Below are positions 14,018-27,500 of a stretch of 64,000 nt of DNA, one piece after another (the stretch's first letter is position 1; each line of letters opens with the position of its first letter). Both the position numbers and the translations under genes were made by a program. The notes under the pieces are model-generated. The model worked only from the letters and a program-made list of their open reading frames with translations, made no database searches and had not been told where the DNA came from. This stretch comes from Macrostomum lignano (lineage: Eukaryota): contig NIVC01000874.1 of NCBI GenBank assembly GCA_002269645.1, positions 186,001 through 250,000 of the forward strand, given 5' to 3'.

Positions 14018-14537
14018 CAGGGGTTGGCAAACTCCGGCCTGAGGGCCATAATGTGGCCCGCAAAGCCTCTCTATCCGGCCCTTGGGTCCTTTGAATCTTC
14101 ACAATAGCAATCCGGCCCGCTCGATGTTTGTGTCTCTTCTCAGCTCTCTCTTCCCTCACCTCTCTCTTCTCATATTCTCCTGTCCTCTCCTCTCCTCTCC
14201 TTTCCTCTCCTGTCCTCTCCTCTCCTCTCCTCTCCTCTCCTCTCCTCTCCTCTCCTCTCCTGTCCTCTCCTCTCCTCTCCTCTCCTCTCCTTTCCTCTCA
14301 TCTCTTCACCTCTCTCCTCTCCTATTTTATCTCTCTTCTCCTTTATTCCTTCGCCTCTCCTTTCTCCTGCGCTCGTATTTCTCTTCTCTATTCCCTATCC
14401 TCTCTCCCGATAGCCCGCAGTCATCAGGGACTCCTGGGCGCGCGTTTCGCTTATGGGGCCCAGCGAAGCGGACCCAGAAGGGCAGTCACGCGCTGTTCTC
14501 AATCCGGCCCTTGAGGTAAAAAGTTCGCTGACCCCTG
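14018..14537. mobile_element. Non-autonomous hAT-type MITE (520 bp) with an internal (CTCTC)n tract
   Basis: TIRs CAGGGGTTGGCAAACT / AGTTCGCTGACCCCTG (13/16 match). 8-bp TSD TACTAAAA (14010-14017) / AACTAAAA (14538-14545). Subterminal GGCCC motifs. Confidence 0.85.
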
Positions 14538-15032
14538 AACTAAAAGCACTAGGCTTAGGCACATTAAATAAACCACTGTAGTGGAGTGGGATTGAGAACA
14601 ACATGAACTATTATATCAGCTGCATGGTAGCCTTAGCTTCCAAGACTCAGAAAAGCCAAAGCCGAAAACCGGCCGACACTTGCTTGAAATTCAAAAAGGG
14701 CACATGCAGGGTCATGCTAAAAATAGGGGGGCTCCAGCCCCCCATGCCCCCCCCCCCGGTTCCGACACCCCTGGTACACACTGTACAGAAATGTGAAAAT
14801 GTGCAATTAAATTAGCTAGGGTTGATTAAAGGATAAGCGACTGGTCGATATATTAATCAAGCTGCTTCACAAACACAACCATTACACAAATTCAGGGTAG
14901 AAAGTACACTCGCAACATTTGGCTACAAGAAAATAAAAGGGTAAAATCTGCCTGCACGCAGTAAGTATAAAACTGTGAGCAGCTGTCTGTACAGTGTACA
15001 GAAAGTTCGCAGAGCAGTAGCACAGGAGGGTA

Positions 15033-15176
15033 CAGCGGCCCTAACTTTATTTGTCGTTAGGCACCCACACCCAGGCTAAGATTCCAGTTTAGCCCCATAA
15101 TGTGACTGAACTTGGAATCGAGCCCTGGGCCGCTGGCACATAAGAGCGCTGTGCTAGACCACTTTTCTACGGCCCC
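15033..15176 (-). mobile_element. tRNA-derived SINE, copy 1
   Basis: The minus strand begins GGGGCCGTAG..AGTGGTCTAGC (A-box-like) and contains GGCTCGATTCC (B-box-like). Homologous to 34696-34897. Confidence 0.75.
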
Positions 15177-15535
15177 CGGACCTTTGCTCTACTGTACACT
15201 ATACTATTTCCTCCGCAAGAATCGTTTGTTACCATGACAACCTTCCTGCGCATTTGGAGTGTCAGGTTTGACCTTCCTCATCCTAAACTTCTACTCGTAA
15301 CCAGAAAAGCAAGGCTGGGACAGGGATCGGGATTGGACTAGATTGTATCCTTGGCCTCTCATTCTGACTGGCTGTAGACAAGATAAACAAAGCCTAAACA
15401 GAGGATGGCATAAGATGGGGTGTTAACTGGCTGCAGGTGGGAAGCTGAGTGTGGATTAGAAGTTTTCAATATCGCCCGAATCCGAGAGAGACACTCAAGC
15501 AAAAAGTAATTTAAACACAGCGTTCAGCACAGATC

Positions 15536-18500
15536 ATGCAGTCCAGCAGCGAGAGCCGGTCGGCTCAACTGGTCTTGATCTGCTTTGCCGTGCTTCAAAT
15601 GGCACCGTCTGTGCTCAGCTACTCCGAGATTGGTAAGAGTGATCCAGCTTCGGCTGGAGTAGCTGCAGGTTGCTTGGACAAGCCAGGCGGGTATGACGAA
15701 GAGATGCTGCCTAGCCTTGCTGACTCACTCGTCGTCGGTATTGAAGGTGGCGCGCAGCAGGCCAAGTCCCCCCCCCCCAAATAGCGTTGACTTTCTTGCA
15801 ACGTACATGTACGAATAGAATAATTTTGGTCGATTTTGTTGGTTATTCAATAACAATATGTTATTCAATCATATTCTTAATTTAGGGTTTTGTTCTACTG
15901 TTAAAATGATGGTCTACATGTAGTTTGCGATTTTGATTTTTCTAAGCCTTACAGTAAAAAGTACTTCCTTAGCAGAAATATTCTGGTCCCATCAACAGTT
16001 GTAAAAGTACCTCACTGTACTCTTAAAGGATAAAATGATCAATAATTCTTGATTTCCTAAAACTCTTTACGCTATCAATCACCGGCCATCAAAGCTCCTT
16101 TTAAAGGTTTCGAAGTGTCACGTACGTTTTTCTGGACGAAATAAATCTAGCTTAAGTAAGAGAGTTGCAGGTGAGTCCCAGTGAGTTGCAGACGAATCCC
16201 AATCAGGTAAATCTCAATCACCTGCAGCGAATCTCAAGTCATCTGCAAGATAGTCCCAATCACCTGCAGCGAGTCCCAATCACCTGCAGCGAGTCCCAAT
16301 CACCTGCAGCGAGTCCCAATCACCTGCAGCGAGTCCCAATCACCTGCAGCGAGTTCCAATCACCTGCAGCGAGTCCCAATCACCTGCAGCGAGTCCCAAT
16401 CACCTGCAGCGAGTTCCAATCACCTGCAAGCGTGTCCCAATCACCTGCAGCGAGCCCCAATCACCTGCAGCGAGTCCCAATCACCTGCAAGCGAGTCCCA
16501 ATCACATGCAGTGAGTCCCAATCACCTGCAGCGAGTCCCAATCACATGCAGCGAGTCCCAATCACCTGCAGCGAGTCCCAATCACCTGCAGCGAGTCCCA
16601 ATCACCTGCAGGCGATGATCAGCCACTCGTGACCTACGGGCCGCACCAGGTCAGCGCAGTGGGCGCCTCGTACGCCGAGTTTCCGCCTGTCGCCGTGAAG
16701 CTCAGCTGGTCGACGGACGGCGAGCCCAGCCTGGCCAACCAGTCCTGCAACAACGGCTTCGCCGCTTCCGACTACCTGCTGTTCGAGTTCGACCTCGCCA
16801 ACCTCATCTGGGGCTACGTGATCGGCCAGGACTCGCCGGAAATCTACGTGAAGACGTTTCACCTGGCCTACGGCAGCTTGCTGGAGTCGCTGCAGACCTA
16901 CGGGACCAGCGCACCGGCTCTGCTGCCGGGCATCAACAGCAGCGACATGATCAACCAGACCTACCCGCTGCCGCACGGCAGCATCCGGGCCAGGGTGCTG
17001 AAGCTCACGCCGGTGGATTTCGTTGGCAACAAGTCGATCAAGATCGAGTTCATCGGTCTGCCCGCTGGTGAGGAAAATGCAGGGTTGTTACGGTGCCCCC
17101 TGGATAGCGCCCCCCCTCCCCCCGAGGTGGAGCCTCTGGTATTGACGCCCCTCGCTGTCGACCCTCGGCACGCGCTGCGCCCCCTCCCCAAAGGCGCCTC
17201 CAGGACATAACCAGGTTCACCAGGAGCTAAAATGACTCTGAATGGCGGGCTCGTGACTGTATTCTGCTGTCTAGGAGGCTAGCGGGTGTCGAAAGACTCA
17301 ATATTCTACTCTCAAAACAGTACTTCCACTGTCTAAAAATGCTTAAAATGGACGTGAGGACTGGCGGACAGAGGTATAGTGCAAGATTCACCGAGCTGGC
17401 TTAAGAAGCTCTGCACCGCCACTTCACCTGCCCGGCCAAGCAAAATGAATTTGACTTACGAAAAGTAAAGTATCGGTACATACTCGGTGATCACTAGCAG
17501 CTATCCCAAGCTCTAATATACCTCTTCATCTAGCTAGTTAAGTAGACTGTCTTTATGACAGTTCAGCTCAGAAAATATTCACTTGTGCCCCATCCAGCCC
17601 GGCACTTTGGGCTTCCGTCACAAACACGGCAGCTCATTTTCCATTGCTCACTATTTCGTCTCCAAAGTGCGTCCGCACTGTATCCGGGCTCTTCTTGCTT
17701 AAGTTCTGCTTCAGTGTGGTTCAGCCTCCCGCAACAGCCATTGATGAAGCGCGCTCAAAAAGTCAGCTTTGCCATTTTCGCCAACCTATTAATGATAACG
17801 CGGTAGATTGTCCGTTGGCAGCTTTTTCTGCACCCACAGATAAAGCAGACCATTGCGAGCGTACTATTAAACTCACGCCCAGCTTCCATCAGGTTGAGAG
17901 CAGCAAGGTCTGACAGATCACGCTTCTTTAACTCAGGTGCATCTCCATTTCGATTGCAGAAAAGCTATCCAAATCCTTTAGCACCAGCACTACCCTACGC
18001 CGCTCTCTACCACATCCTCTCTTCCAGTCTCTCCAATACTGCCTTGTACGCAAACTCAGAGTGCTCCAACTTCGCTATTGGCTTCAATGCGTCACTCTGA
18101 AGGCACTGTCTAAGCTGCTATAACTCGTACACCTGTAACGAGGGTGCAGCATCTTCTTTTGATATGCTTGCTTGAACCACGCTTTGCTGCCAGTTTTGCT
18201 GTGGAGACGAATATGTTTGGTTTTACGAGCGTATGTTTGAATCAGACCAAAAACATAGGGCACTGATCGACACAAAAAATGTCATACAATAAAATTTAAT
18301 GCATCCTCTTACTAATAGTAATTTCTGATCGCAGATTTTTGACACTTCAAAACGACGCCACTTGCAGAGTGTCCGCCGATTGAGAGGTACAGACTGGTTC
18401 AGCCGATCCCGGTGCAGATCAACTCAACATCCGTGACGCTCAGCACTGCAAACTCTCATCACACCGTGTTCTTAATGGACCTGTACCACCTGACCAACGT

Positions 18501-21500
18501 GACTCTGACGGGAGCCAACTGCAATCAGTCGCAGACGATGCTCGTCACCTTCGTCGATCATGATAACAATGCCGTGCGCAGCCCGCTGGTGAGTTGAGCT
18601 GCTCTATTGTCAATGCGAGCTCCGCCTATTTGATCAGCAGAACTTTGACACGCATAGCGCCGCTTCAAATTGACAGAATTTTACAGCCAGCCCAGAGGAC
18701 GAGCCCGGCACAATGTACGCCTTGAACGGTACCATCAACGCGGCGAGATTCAGAGTCTACTTCAAAAGCAGAGACTGCGAAAATGTGACCTTCAAACTTT
18801 ATGGCTGCTTGGCAGACGGTATGTTGAATTCAAAAAATCATTTTTAGCTCAGGAAGTGCAACCTCTATTCTACGTGCGAGTAGAGATGAAAGCCAAGAGG
18901 AATGCCATAATAAAAGTATAACAACTTTTAAGTGATTCAGTAAGTCTTTGTGTTCCGTAAAATTTAGCTGTTTAAAAACCAGGCCATAGGATCATAGCTT
19001 TTCTCTCGAGAAATTTAAACAGGTATTAATAAGGAATACTATAATAGATAGTCGCCGTAGGGCTGTGACTTTTGTAGGCAACGCCTTCCAAGACATCGTC
19101 CCACAACCAGTGCTGAGGCAATTCTGCCATTCTGCTGACTTCTGAGCACATAGAAGAGTGCGGATGCTGACGCAGGCATGCACTCATAAAAACTCATACG
19201 TGCACACAAGTTGCAAAACCTCCCTGATTTTCTTTTCAAAAGACATGTGCACTCTTTTTGCTTTGGAGGCTGGCCTTCGAAAGTTTGTATCGCACGTCAA
19301 TCCCCTGGCCAAGTTTTCGCACACAAGGCCCAAATTTATGCGGCCGCGCACGGAGTCGAAAACCAGGGGTCGTGGCACGAGAGCCAGACGCGTCTACAGC
19401 TGGGCTGCTCTGGCCCCACTGTTTAGCATTGTAGCGCTAGCTTCCATAAGAAGTTTCTGGATGCTGGTTTTCCATTGAAGTTGAGCAACTTCCTCAAACA
19501 AACCCCTTACCGCCTCGAAACAATGAACAGCATAAAAACGCGCCATCTTTGCGCTTGAGAGCAGCTCAGACCAGGTTGAGCAGGTCGGCGAAGTCTGCAA
19601 ACAATAGGACTAAGAATAGCAACTCCGCATTGCCAGCTGCAGTTGGCAGTCCCCACGCCGGCGTTGGCTGCCCTGTCAAGAAGTTTGCGACCTGCTGCTT
19701 CACATTAGCAGAAACCAGAAGCTGAGATCTCCTACTCACCACCCAGTACTGTCTGGGCTTTTTTCGCCAATGTCAAACTCTTGTGCTTGTGATGCAGAAA
19801 CACTGACTTGGTCTGAATGGAAGGCCCATCTTTCAGCTCAATTGTCTTCACGCATCCCAGCGCTCCCAACCCCTCTCCCCTTTCTTTCAATATTTCTTTC
19901 TTGCTTCAAAAACACATTGCTTGAGTGCCCTCAGAAGTCACCTCGAGAGTCCCAGCTTGGTCTGAACCGGTCGATGAGACGAGGGGGGGGGGGCAGAGGC
20001 GAGGGACGGTGCAGGTCATTGAGCCACTTCTCAAGCTTGGGCTAAATAGCGACAATACAGACAGGAAAATTTGGTGGCAAAAATGCAAAGGGAGCTGCAA
20101 AGCTACTCAAAAACCATCAGCTCTGCTCCATCAGCGTTAGCTGAGAGAACAGCTTTCAGCGGCTATGGTTTTTCGAGGATAATCGATGACAATCCAAGAA
20201 AAATACAGCGCATTCTGCCTCCGCCCTGTCTGCCTTATTCTTGCCCATAGCTACTGAGTGCCGGGGCAGTTCGCCCTTGAATACATGAACCACAAAAAAC
20301 TCAAATCCGGGAACTTTGGCTGGACACTTGGGCATGTTGCAGCTCTCATCTCTCACCCCTCATTTTTTAGCTGCCGACTGTTCGGGCGCACCAAGAATTA
20401 ATTATGCGCTGGTTCCAACCGCCCCACAGAATGCCCCGCCTCGTCCTTCTACTTCAACGGCCAGTGCTACTTCGCCGCCAAGCAGCCGCAGCACCGCGTC
20501 CTGGGCCAGCAGCTTTGCGCCGGAATCCGCTGGATTGACAGAGGCCGCCTATTCCTACCGCGCTCCTTCGAGGACAACATGATCGTCTCCATGGCGGCCT
20601 TGCAGTTCGCTGGGTCCCTGACCAGCGAGTTCATGGTCCACCTGGGCCTGGTCAGGGACGGCAGCGGCTGGGCGATCGAGGGCAGCCCCTCAGCGAAAAT
20701 AAAGTGGAGCTTCTGGGAGCCGTTCCAGAGCCAGCCGGAGCACACCTTGGCGCTGGCCAACCTGAGCCGCATGAGCTGGTGGGGCTCCGCCAACTCGACC
20801 ATTTCCGCCCACGTCATTTGTGAGGTCACTGCCGGTGAGGCCTGAAACACGCGATACGCGTTATTAGTGCATCTCGGAATCTCTCAGATCACCGAGAACG
20901 TCTTCTACTGGTAATTTTCACGAGCTAAACACCCGCCACTCTACTTTCGTCAGCCCGAAGGTGGAACCGCAGCTGCGATGAGCCGTACTTCCTGCCCACA
21001 CTGGACCGCTACTACCCCACTAGCTCGCACGAGGTTGCCGGCTCCACGCCAGAGAACGTCTCCTTGTTCGAAGCGGTGAAGAGGTGCCTTGACGGCTCTT
21101 TCGTGGCCGACTGCAACTATGTCCGGCAGAGCGGGCAGCAGTTCGTCCTGACCAAGAAGCCCGAGAGAGACTTCCATGCCTTCAGCAACGAGGTTCCGAA
21201 CAGCTCCGTTGGAGTTCTTGTCTTCTGCCGGTGTGAGATTTCTGTCGCAGTTAATCTTATTTTCAATTGTCTTCAAATCAGCTTGACTTGATGGGATCAG
21301 AACTTGAAGTGAGAACCCTAATCACCGAATTGCAGTACCTGAGGACGAGAAAGTGTTCCAGCGCTTCGGATCTATTAACAGAGTTTCGAAGCCTGCCGTG
21401 AGCACCACTGGGTTGCCCTTGTTCACTTCGACCTTCTGGACCGGAACTCGGCTGACAGTAAGATGAACGAGCTGATGAAAAACAAGCGGGTGACTTGAAT

Positions 21501-24500
21501 ATACGTAGAAAAAATTTAATTTCGACGAAAAATATTATTTCAGCTGATCCTACCAAAGAAGTACCTGCTACAAAGCATGTTAATGCTTAATTTCATCCCG
21601 AACATTCTCTTCGTCAGTCAAGATCTCAACTTTGTTATGGAGTTTTACAACTATAACGCGAAGAGCTGGGACATGACATCGAATGACTTGAAACTGGGTC
21701 AACCGGTGAGTTTTTCTGAGAAACTTTACCAATGAACTGCAAACTTTACCAATGAACTGCAAACTTTACCAATGAACTGCAAACTTTGCCATTGCACACT
21801 GCAAACTCTACCAATGCATACTGCAAACTTTACCAATGCATACTGCAAACTTTACCAATGCATACTGCAAACTTTACCAATGAACTGCAAACTTTACCAA
21901 TGCATACTGCAAACTTTACCAATGAACTGCAAACTTTACCAATGCACACTGCAAACTTTACCAATGCACACTGCAAACTTTACCAATGCACACTGCAAAC
22001 TTTACCAATGAACTGCAAACTTTACCAATGCACACTGCAAACTTTACCAATGCACACTGCAAACTTTACCAATGAACTGCAAACTTTACCAATGCATACT
22101 GCAAACTTTACCAATGCATACTGCAAACTCTACCAATGCACACTGCAAACTTTACCAATGAACTGCAAACTTTGCCATTGCACACTGCAAACTCTACCAA
22201 TGCATACTGCAAACTTTACCAATGCACACTGCAAACTCTACCAATGCACGCTGCAAACTTTACTAATGCATACTGCAAACTTTACCAATGCACACTGCAA
22301 ACTTTACCAATGCATACTGCAAACTTTACCAATGCACACTGCAAACTTTACCAATGCATACTGCAAACTTTACCAATGCACACTGCAAACTTTACCAATG
22401 CATACTGCAAACTTTACCAATGCACACTGCAAACTTTACCAATGCACACTGCAAACTCTACCAATGCACACTGCAAACTTTACCAATGCATACTGCAAAC
22501 TTTACCAATGCACACTGCAAACTTTACCAATGCATACTGCAAACTTTACCAATGCACACTGCAAACTTTACCAATGCATACTGCAAACTTTACCAATGCA
22601 CACTGCAAACTTTACCAATGCATACTGCAAACTTTACCAATGCATACTGCAAACTTTACCAATGCATACTGCTACCAATGAACATTTTAACACTTTCGAG
22701 ATGCTTCAGAATTGCATAAAAACAAGTTTTGATGCTTACCCTCTAAATCTACTGTTGAATTATTTTAGCAGTCTTTAGGTCTTTACTTTCATGCAGAAGA
22801 CACAAGGAATTCGCTCCTGACGGACACAATTAATCAAAGTGAAGAGGCATTGAGAAGTCTGAAACATAAAAGCTTGAGAAGGCAGCACTCCAGCCTTTCA
22901 GCTAATAAATTAAAAAATTCATATTCCAGGCTCCAATAAAGATACCGAAGTCGACAATTTTCACCCCGGTGTACTACCTCATCGTTAACCTGGCCTACAC
23001 GGACAAACTGCGGTTGACGACAACGTGGGATCGCAGCTTAGGAATCAAAATGGATCTTTTCGTCCGAGCGAAAAACCTAACAGGCAAGATGCCAAAGCTT
23101 GTAATTGCTTCCATTATTACCAGCAACATAAATTCATAATGACTTCAGATCCATTTGTTTGTTTGACAATGCGCATTACAGTGATTGATCAGGCAATCTG
23201 CAATGGCACTCAATCAGTAACGCTCGAGCACCCCTACCACGGATCCGCCACCCTGCCTTGCTTTCGAAACTCCCTGGTCGTGTACCAGAAGCTGTCCCCG
23301 AACCTGGAGACCGGACGCACCCCAGTCGACTACCGCACTGGATTCGCTCTGGGCCGACCCGCCATGGACTTCAACTTCACGCAAGCTGACCAGATGAGCT
23401 TCTGGACCGGACTCGACTTCCTCGAGCTGCTGCCGACATACTTTGCGAGTCAGTGGCCGCTGACACTGAGGCTGGAGGCCACGAACTCGCAGGGACTCGG
23501 CAAGTATGTCGAGTGCAAAGAGTGGTGGGTCGGGTCTCGAGCAGGTGGCTACCCGATGCACGCGAAAGACTGCCGGACGGGAACTCTGGACGAGTACACC
23601 TTTGTTGAGCTGAACAACGCTCAGTTCGGCCTGTTCTCAAACCTGTCTTGTGCCCAGCCGCTCTCACCGTGGTGGCAAAGTCAGTGCGATGGCAAAAATC
23701 TGATCAAGCTGGCAAAAGACTCGAACGGAGCTCCTCGGTGGATGCCGGACCTGCCTGCCGACAACGGTGTGTCGGTTCGAATGCGGCTGTTTGCGCCGAG
23801 TATGATCCCAAACGGTGAGAAAAACACTTCAACTCAAATTTGGGTAACTAAAGTAACTTAAGAGTAACTCAAAGTTACTTCTTACAGCTTGGCTTTTCTG
23901 TTTCATTAATTATTGCTCAATTCATTTGCCTTTACCTATTTCGATTCGAATTCAGCCACAGAATCAGACCAAGTGAGCGATGCGTGCACTATGGATGCCG
24001 AGTGCTCAAGTGAGAACATGACCGTGTGCATTCCTCGTGGCTCAGCGCTCACGCCTCAGTGCGGCTGCGCGAATCTTCAAGACCAGGGCCAGCCAGTCTG
24101 CACCATCACGGTGGACATGAGCATCGTTGCTTTTAACGTTACTTTAGACCCAGTGCCGGTTCGCGGCTGCGCCAGTCGGTACACGGCAACAATCCGTCTG
24201 AAGCACGCAAGTGGCAGCGCCGACATTCCAGAGGCTGCTCCGCCGAAAGTTCTGGCGAATTTTTTCTCTTACTTTCTGAACAAGTCGTCAAGCGTGTATC
24301 CTCCAGTTGACCAGGAGTTTTACCTCCAACACAACCCTGTGACTGTCATTGAAGGCAACCTGCAAGGCTCATATAAGCTTTATGAGGAGTTTGAGTTCGT
24401 CATAACCGCCAACTTCACGATGCCGGAAGGAGGCCAGTGCGTCTCAGCGTCCTATCTGTGCATCGGCTTCAGCGCGTCGGAAAATGAAACGGTGCGCGAC

Positions 24501-27500
24501 TCCAACCCGACTAATAACGCTTTATGCATTGAAATCGATAGTTTGAAGGAGTGCCAGCCCTTAGGTGACACTGAGCTGACAAATTATACATTGCTACATC
24601 TGACCCCAAATCCTCTGGTGAGACATCAGAATGTTTCTGTTGGGTACCATCTCTCAGTACACATCAGGAATGTAAGCAGTGGAATACAGGGTTCGGTGAA
24701 TGACAACAACTTTATTGTACTTTTGCATCTTACTATCAGTAACTGCCAGAACCTGGCAGGCAATGACGGCCATGTCAAATCATGCCTGGCTGAGTCGCTT
24801 TCTCGCATCGAAATGAGAGCCGCAAACGAGTCAGTGTTCAAGAGCCGATACGTCAGCGGAGACACTTTCTCTGTCAGCGTTCACGCTCCACTTTTTGAAC
24901 TAAGCCAAAATCAGTGCAACAAGACGACACATTTCTGTGTTTTGCTAAAGAGTTCAGTGAACTCGTCCTACTCGGAGAGCAACTTCAGCAACAGCTTGGC
25001 ATGCCATCCGGTTGAGACATTTTGCACGGTTTGTAAGTATGGCTTGATATTTTTCAGATAATTTCTATACTTCTCATCGGTAATGACTGTTATAGTTATT
25101 GAAATTGCTTTCAGTCTCGGATATCGCACTGCAAACTGTGGCTCCGCTTCGCAACGCCAGCAACCCGTGGGTTCCGGAGTATCGCCACACCGCCTCATTC
25201 TTATTTGTATTGCAACTGGTCAACGGGTCGAAGATCGACCCCGTGCTGTCTCCCAGCATCAATTTCGAACCCAACATTTCGATCATATTTCAAAACGCAT
25301 CCTACGCTCCGCTGGTTATGGAAGGAATCGAATGCGTAGAGGAAGACCGAACTCAAGGCATGGAGGTTGGCCAGCTTGCCTATGTTGTATGCGATGCTGT
25401 ATTCTTTCTGAGCTTCCAGCAGTGCACTTCGGAACAGGTGACCCTGCGAGCTGGAATGATCAACCCGGACAACCCCAGCTACGTAGAAACCAATCTGGAA
25501 AATAACTGGAATGAAATTGAAATTTCAAACATTTTTAATTGCGCCGGTAAGATTCACTATGCAACTTTTTAGAAGCCTAAAATTTCTCTTTTTCACACTC
25601 TAGAATATAAAATAGCACAACCAAACTTTCTTACAGGCCTTAAAATTGATAATTGGCGGACAATTCATGATAACTTTGCAATGCCGGGTGTCGCAGCTAA
25701 GTTCCAAATCGCGTGGAGCCTCGGCACCTACATGGATTGCGTCATATCCGTCCAGGACGGGTACAACGCCACGTGGAATTGGAAGCTAAATGGGAGCATC
25801 GAAAGCTACCGCAACTATAAATTTACCGTCAGTCACGTGCTGAATGAGCCGTATGGCGAATACTTTGTAAACTATAGTTGCAGCAATATGATAAGCCATT
25901 TAAAAGAAACAAATATCATTCTACTTAACCCCAACCTAAATACTTCCTTGACCATCACGACTCTGTACGAGCGCATGCCGGCACCGAACAATGTTACTTT
26001 TCTATTTCGAACAAACGGTACAGGCGATGGATACTTAAAGTTCAATTGCAATTTTACCTTCTATTCAGACAGCGTAAAGTTTTATCAGGACCTCAAGCTG
26101 TACTACGATTTTCCGCTCAGCATTTCGCATGTCTACGATCTTGAGCAATCTGCTGTCACTTCGAATGTGCAGTGCTGGAACTCGGGCGGCAATTATACTG
26201 AAAACTTCGATCTTCTGTTTTATGCAGCATTTCAAATTACAGGCGTCAAAATAAGCGTCAATAAATCAGTCCTGCTCACAGGAGAGCAGTTTCCGGTGCA
26301 GCTCACTGTTCAAAATGGTACTGATGTCACCTACACGGTGAACATGACTGATGGTACAAGCCAAGTGATTGTGCATCCCGAGCCTTTGTCATATACAGAG
26401 CCCGTTAACATCACCCACTCATTCAATGATCCTGGAGTCTATGACATCCATGTTCTGGCTTCTAGCCCAATTAATGAGGAGAGCTCAATTTTGTCTGGAA
26501 TCATCGTACAGAACACCGTCACTTTAATGACTCAGCCTGAATATTTTAGCGCTAAAGCACCGCAATTTGACTTTCCTTTGACCCACACTGGAGCTGTGCC
26601 TACGAATGTGACTTGTAAATTCATATTCTCTGAAGCAGAGCTCAATAGAACAGTTAGGCTTCAAAATTTTTCAGAACCTGTGGTCCTTGACTGCCCTTCA
26701 CACCTCATCACTGAGGAAATGACTCTGTCGGTTCACTGCTGGAATTTAGTGAGTCAGTACGCCAAAAACTCAACTGTGGTTTGCAATGAGCCAGTGTCAG
26801 GACTTACAGCCAATGCCAGTCACGTGTTTGTCCAGACTGGTCAAAACTTGACAATTACTATTCAAGTGTCCAACGGAACATCCGTCCAATTCACAACAAG
26901 CTTTGGTGACTCCAGCCCAGAAAAGGTTAAAACATACTCTAGCAAGTACGCGGCGAGCAGTGAGACTCGGTTGGCGCACTTGTACTCAGCTGCAGGAAAC
27001 TACACTGTTATAGTCAACGCCTCGAACCCAGTGAGTTGGCAAACAGCTCAGATCAACCCAATCGTTGTTCTGAATCCACTGATCAACGTATCCGTCACCT
27101 ACAGACAAACCGTTCTGTGGCCGTTCGAGGGGGCTGAGTTCGTCATCAACAATGAGCCCAATATGCAAGCTGGTCTTGTTGTTTGCGATTTCGGGTTCTC
27201 TACATACGGATCGAAAAGAATCTTCATCGAAAACCTGACGGACAGCTCAAACGCAGTTGTGACATTCAAATATTCGGTAGAAGCCATTGGAACTCAGCGT
27301 GTGAGCATGAGCTGCTGGAACCCATTGAGCATTGATGGCATCGAGCGGAACTTTTCAATAGTTGTGCACAAGGACTCTGTAAAAATAGCCAACTTTAGCA
27401 CGAACGGGACGGTTTGGCTTGGCACGCCGGTCGAATTCGTGCTTGATATGACAAGTTTCCCAAACGATACCTGCATTCTCGTGTACTACAATCAGACCAG

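Noticed and set aside
3915-14775. Other MITE-like ends (3915-4080, 12264-12450, 12880-13480, 14700-14775)
   Set aside because: Single TIR-like ends without a matching partner or TSD.
17700-19700. Coding-like minus-strand stretches in polycystin introns (~17700-18250, ~19040-19600)
   Set aside because: Interrupted by stops and no motif I can recognise; possibly old TE or gene debris, and would need TBLASTX.
21772-22778. Long repetitive ORFs (also 49709-51433, 54571-55647, 56831-57470, 60584-61923, 62485-62932)
   Set aside because: Translations of intronic tandem repeats that lack stop codons by chance.
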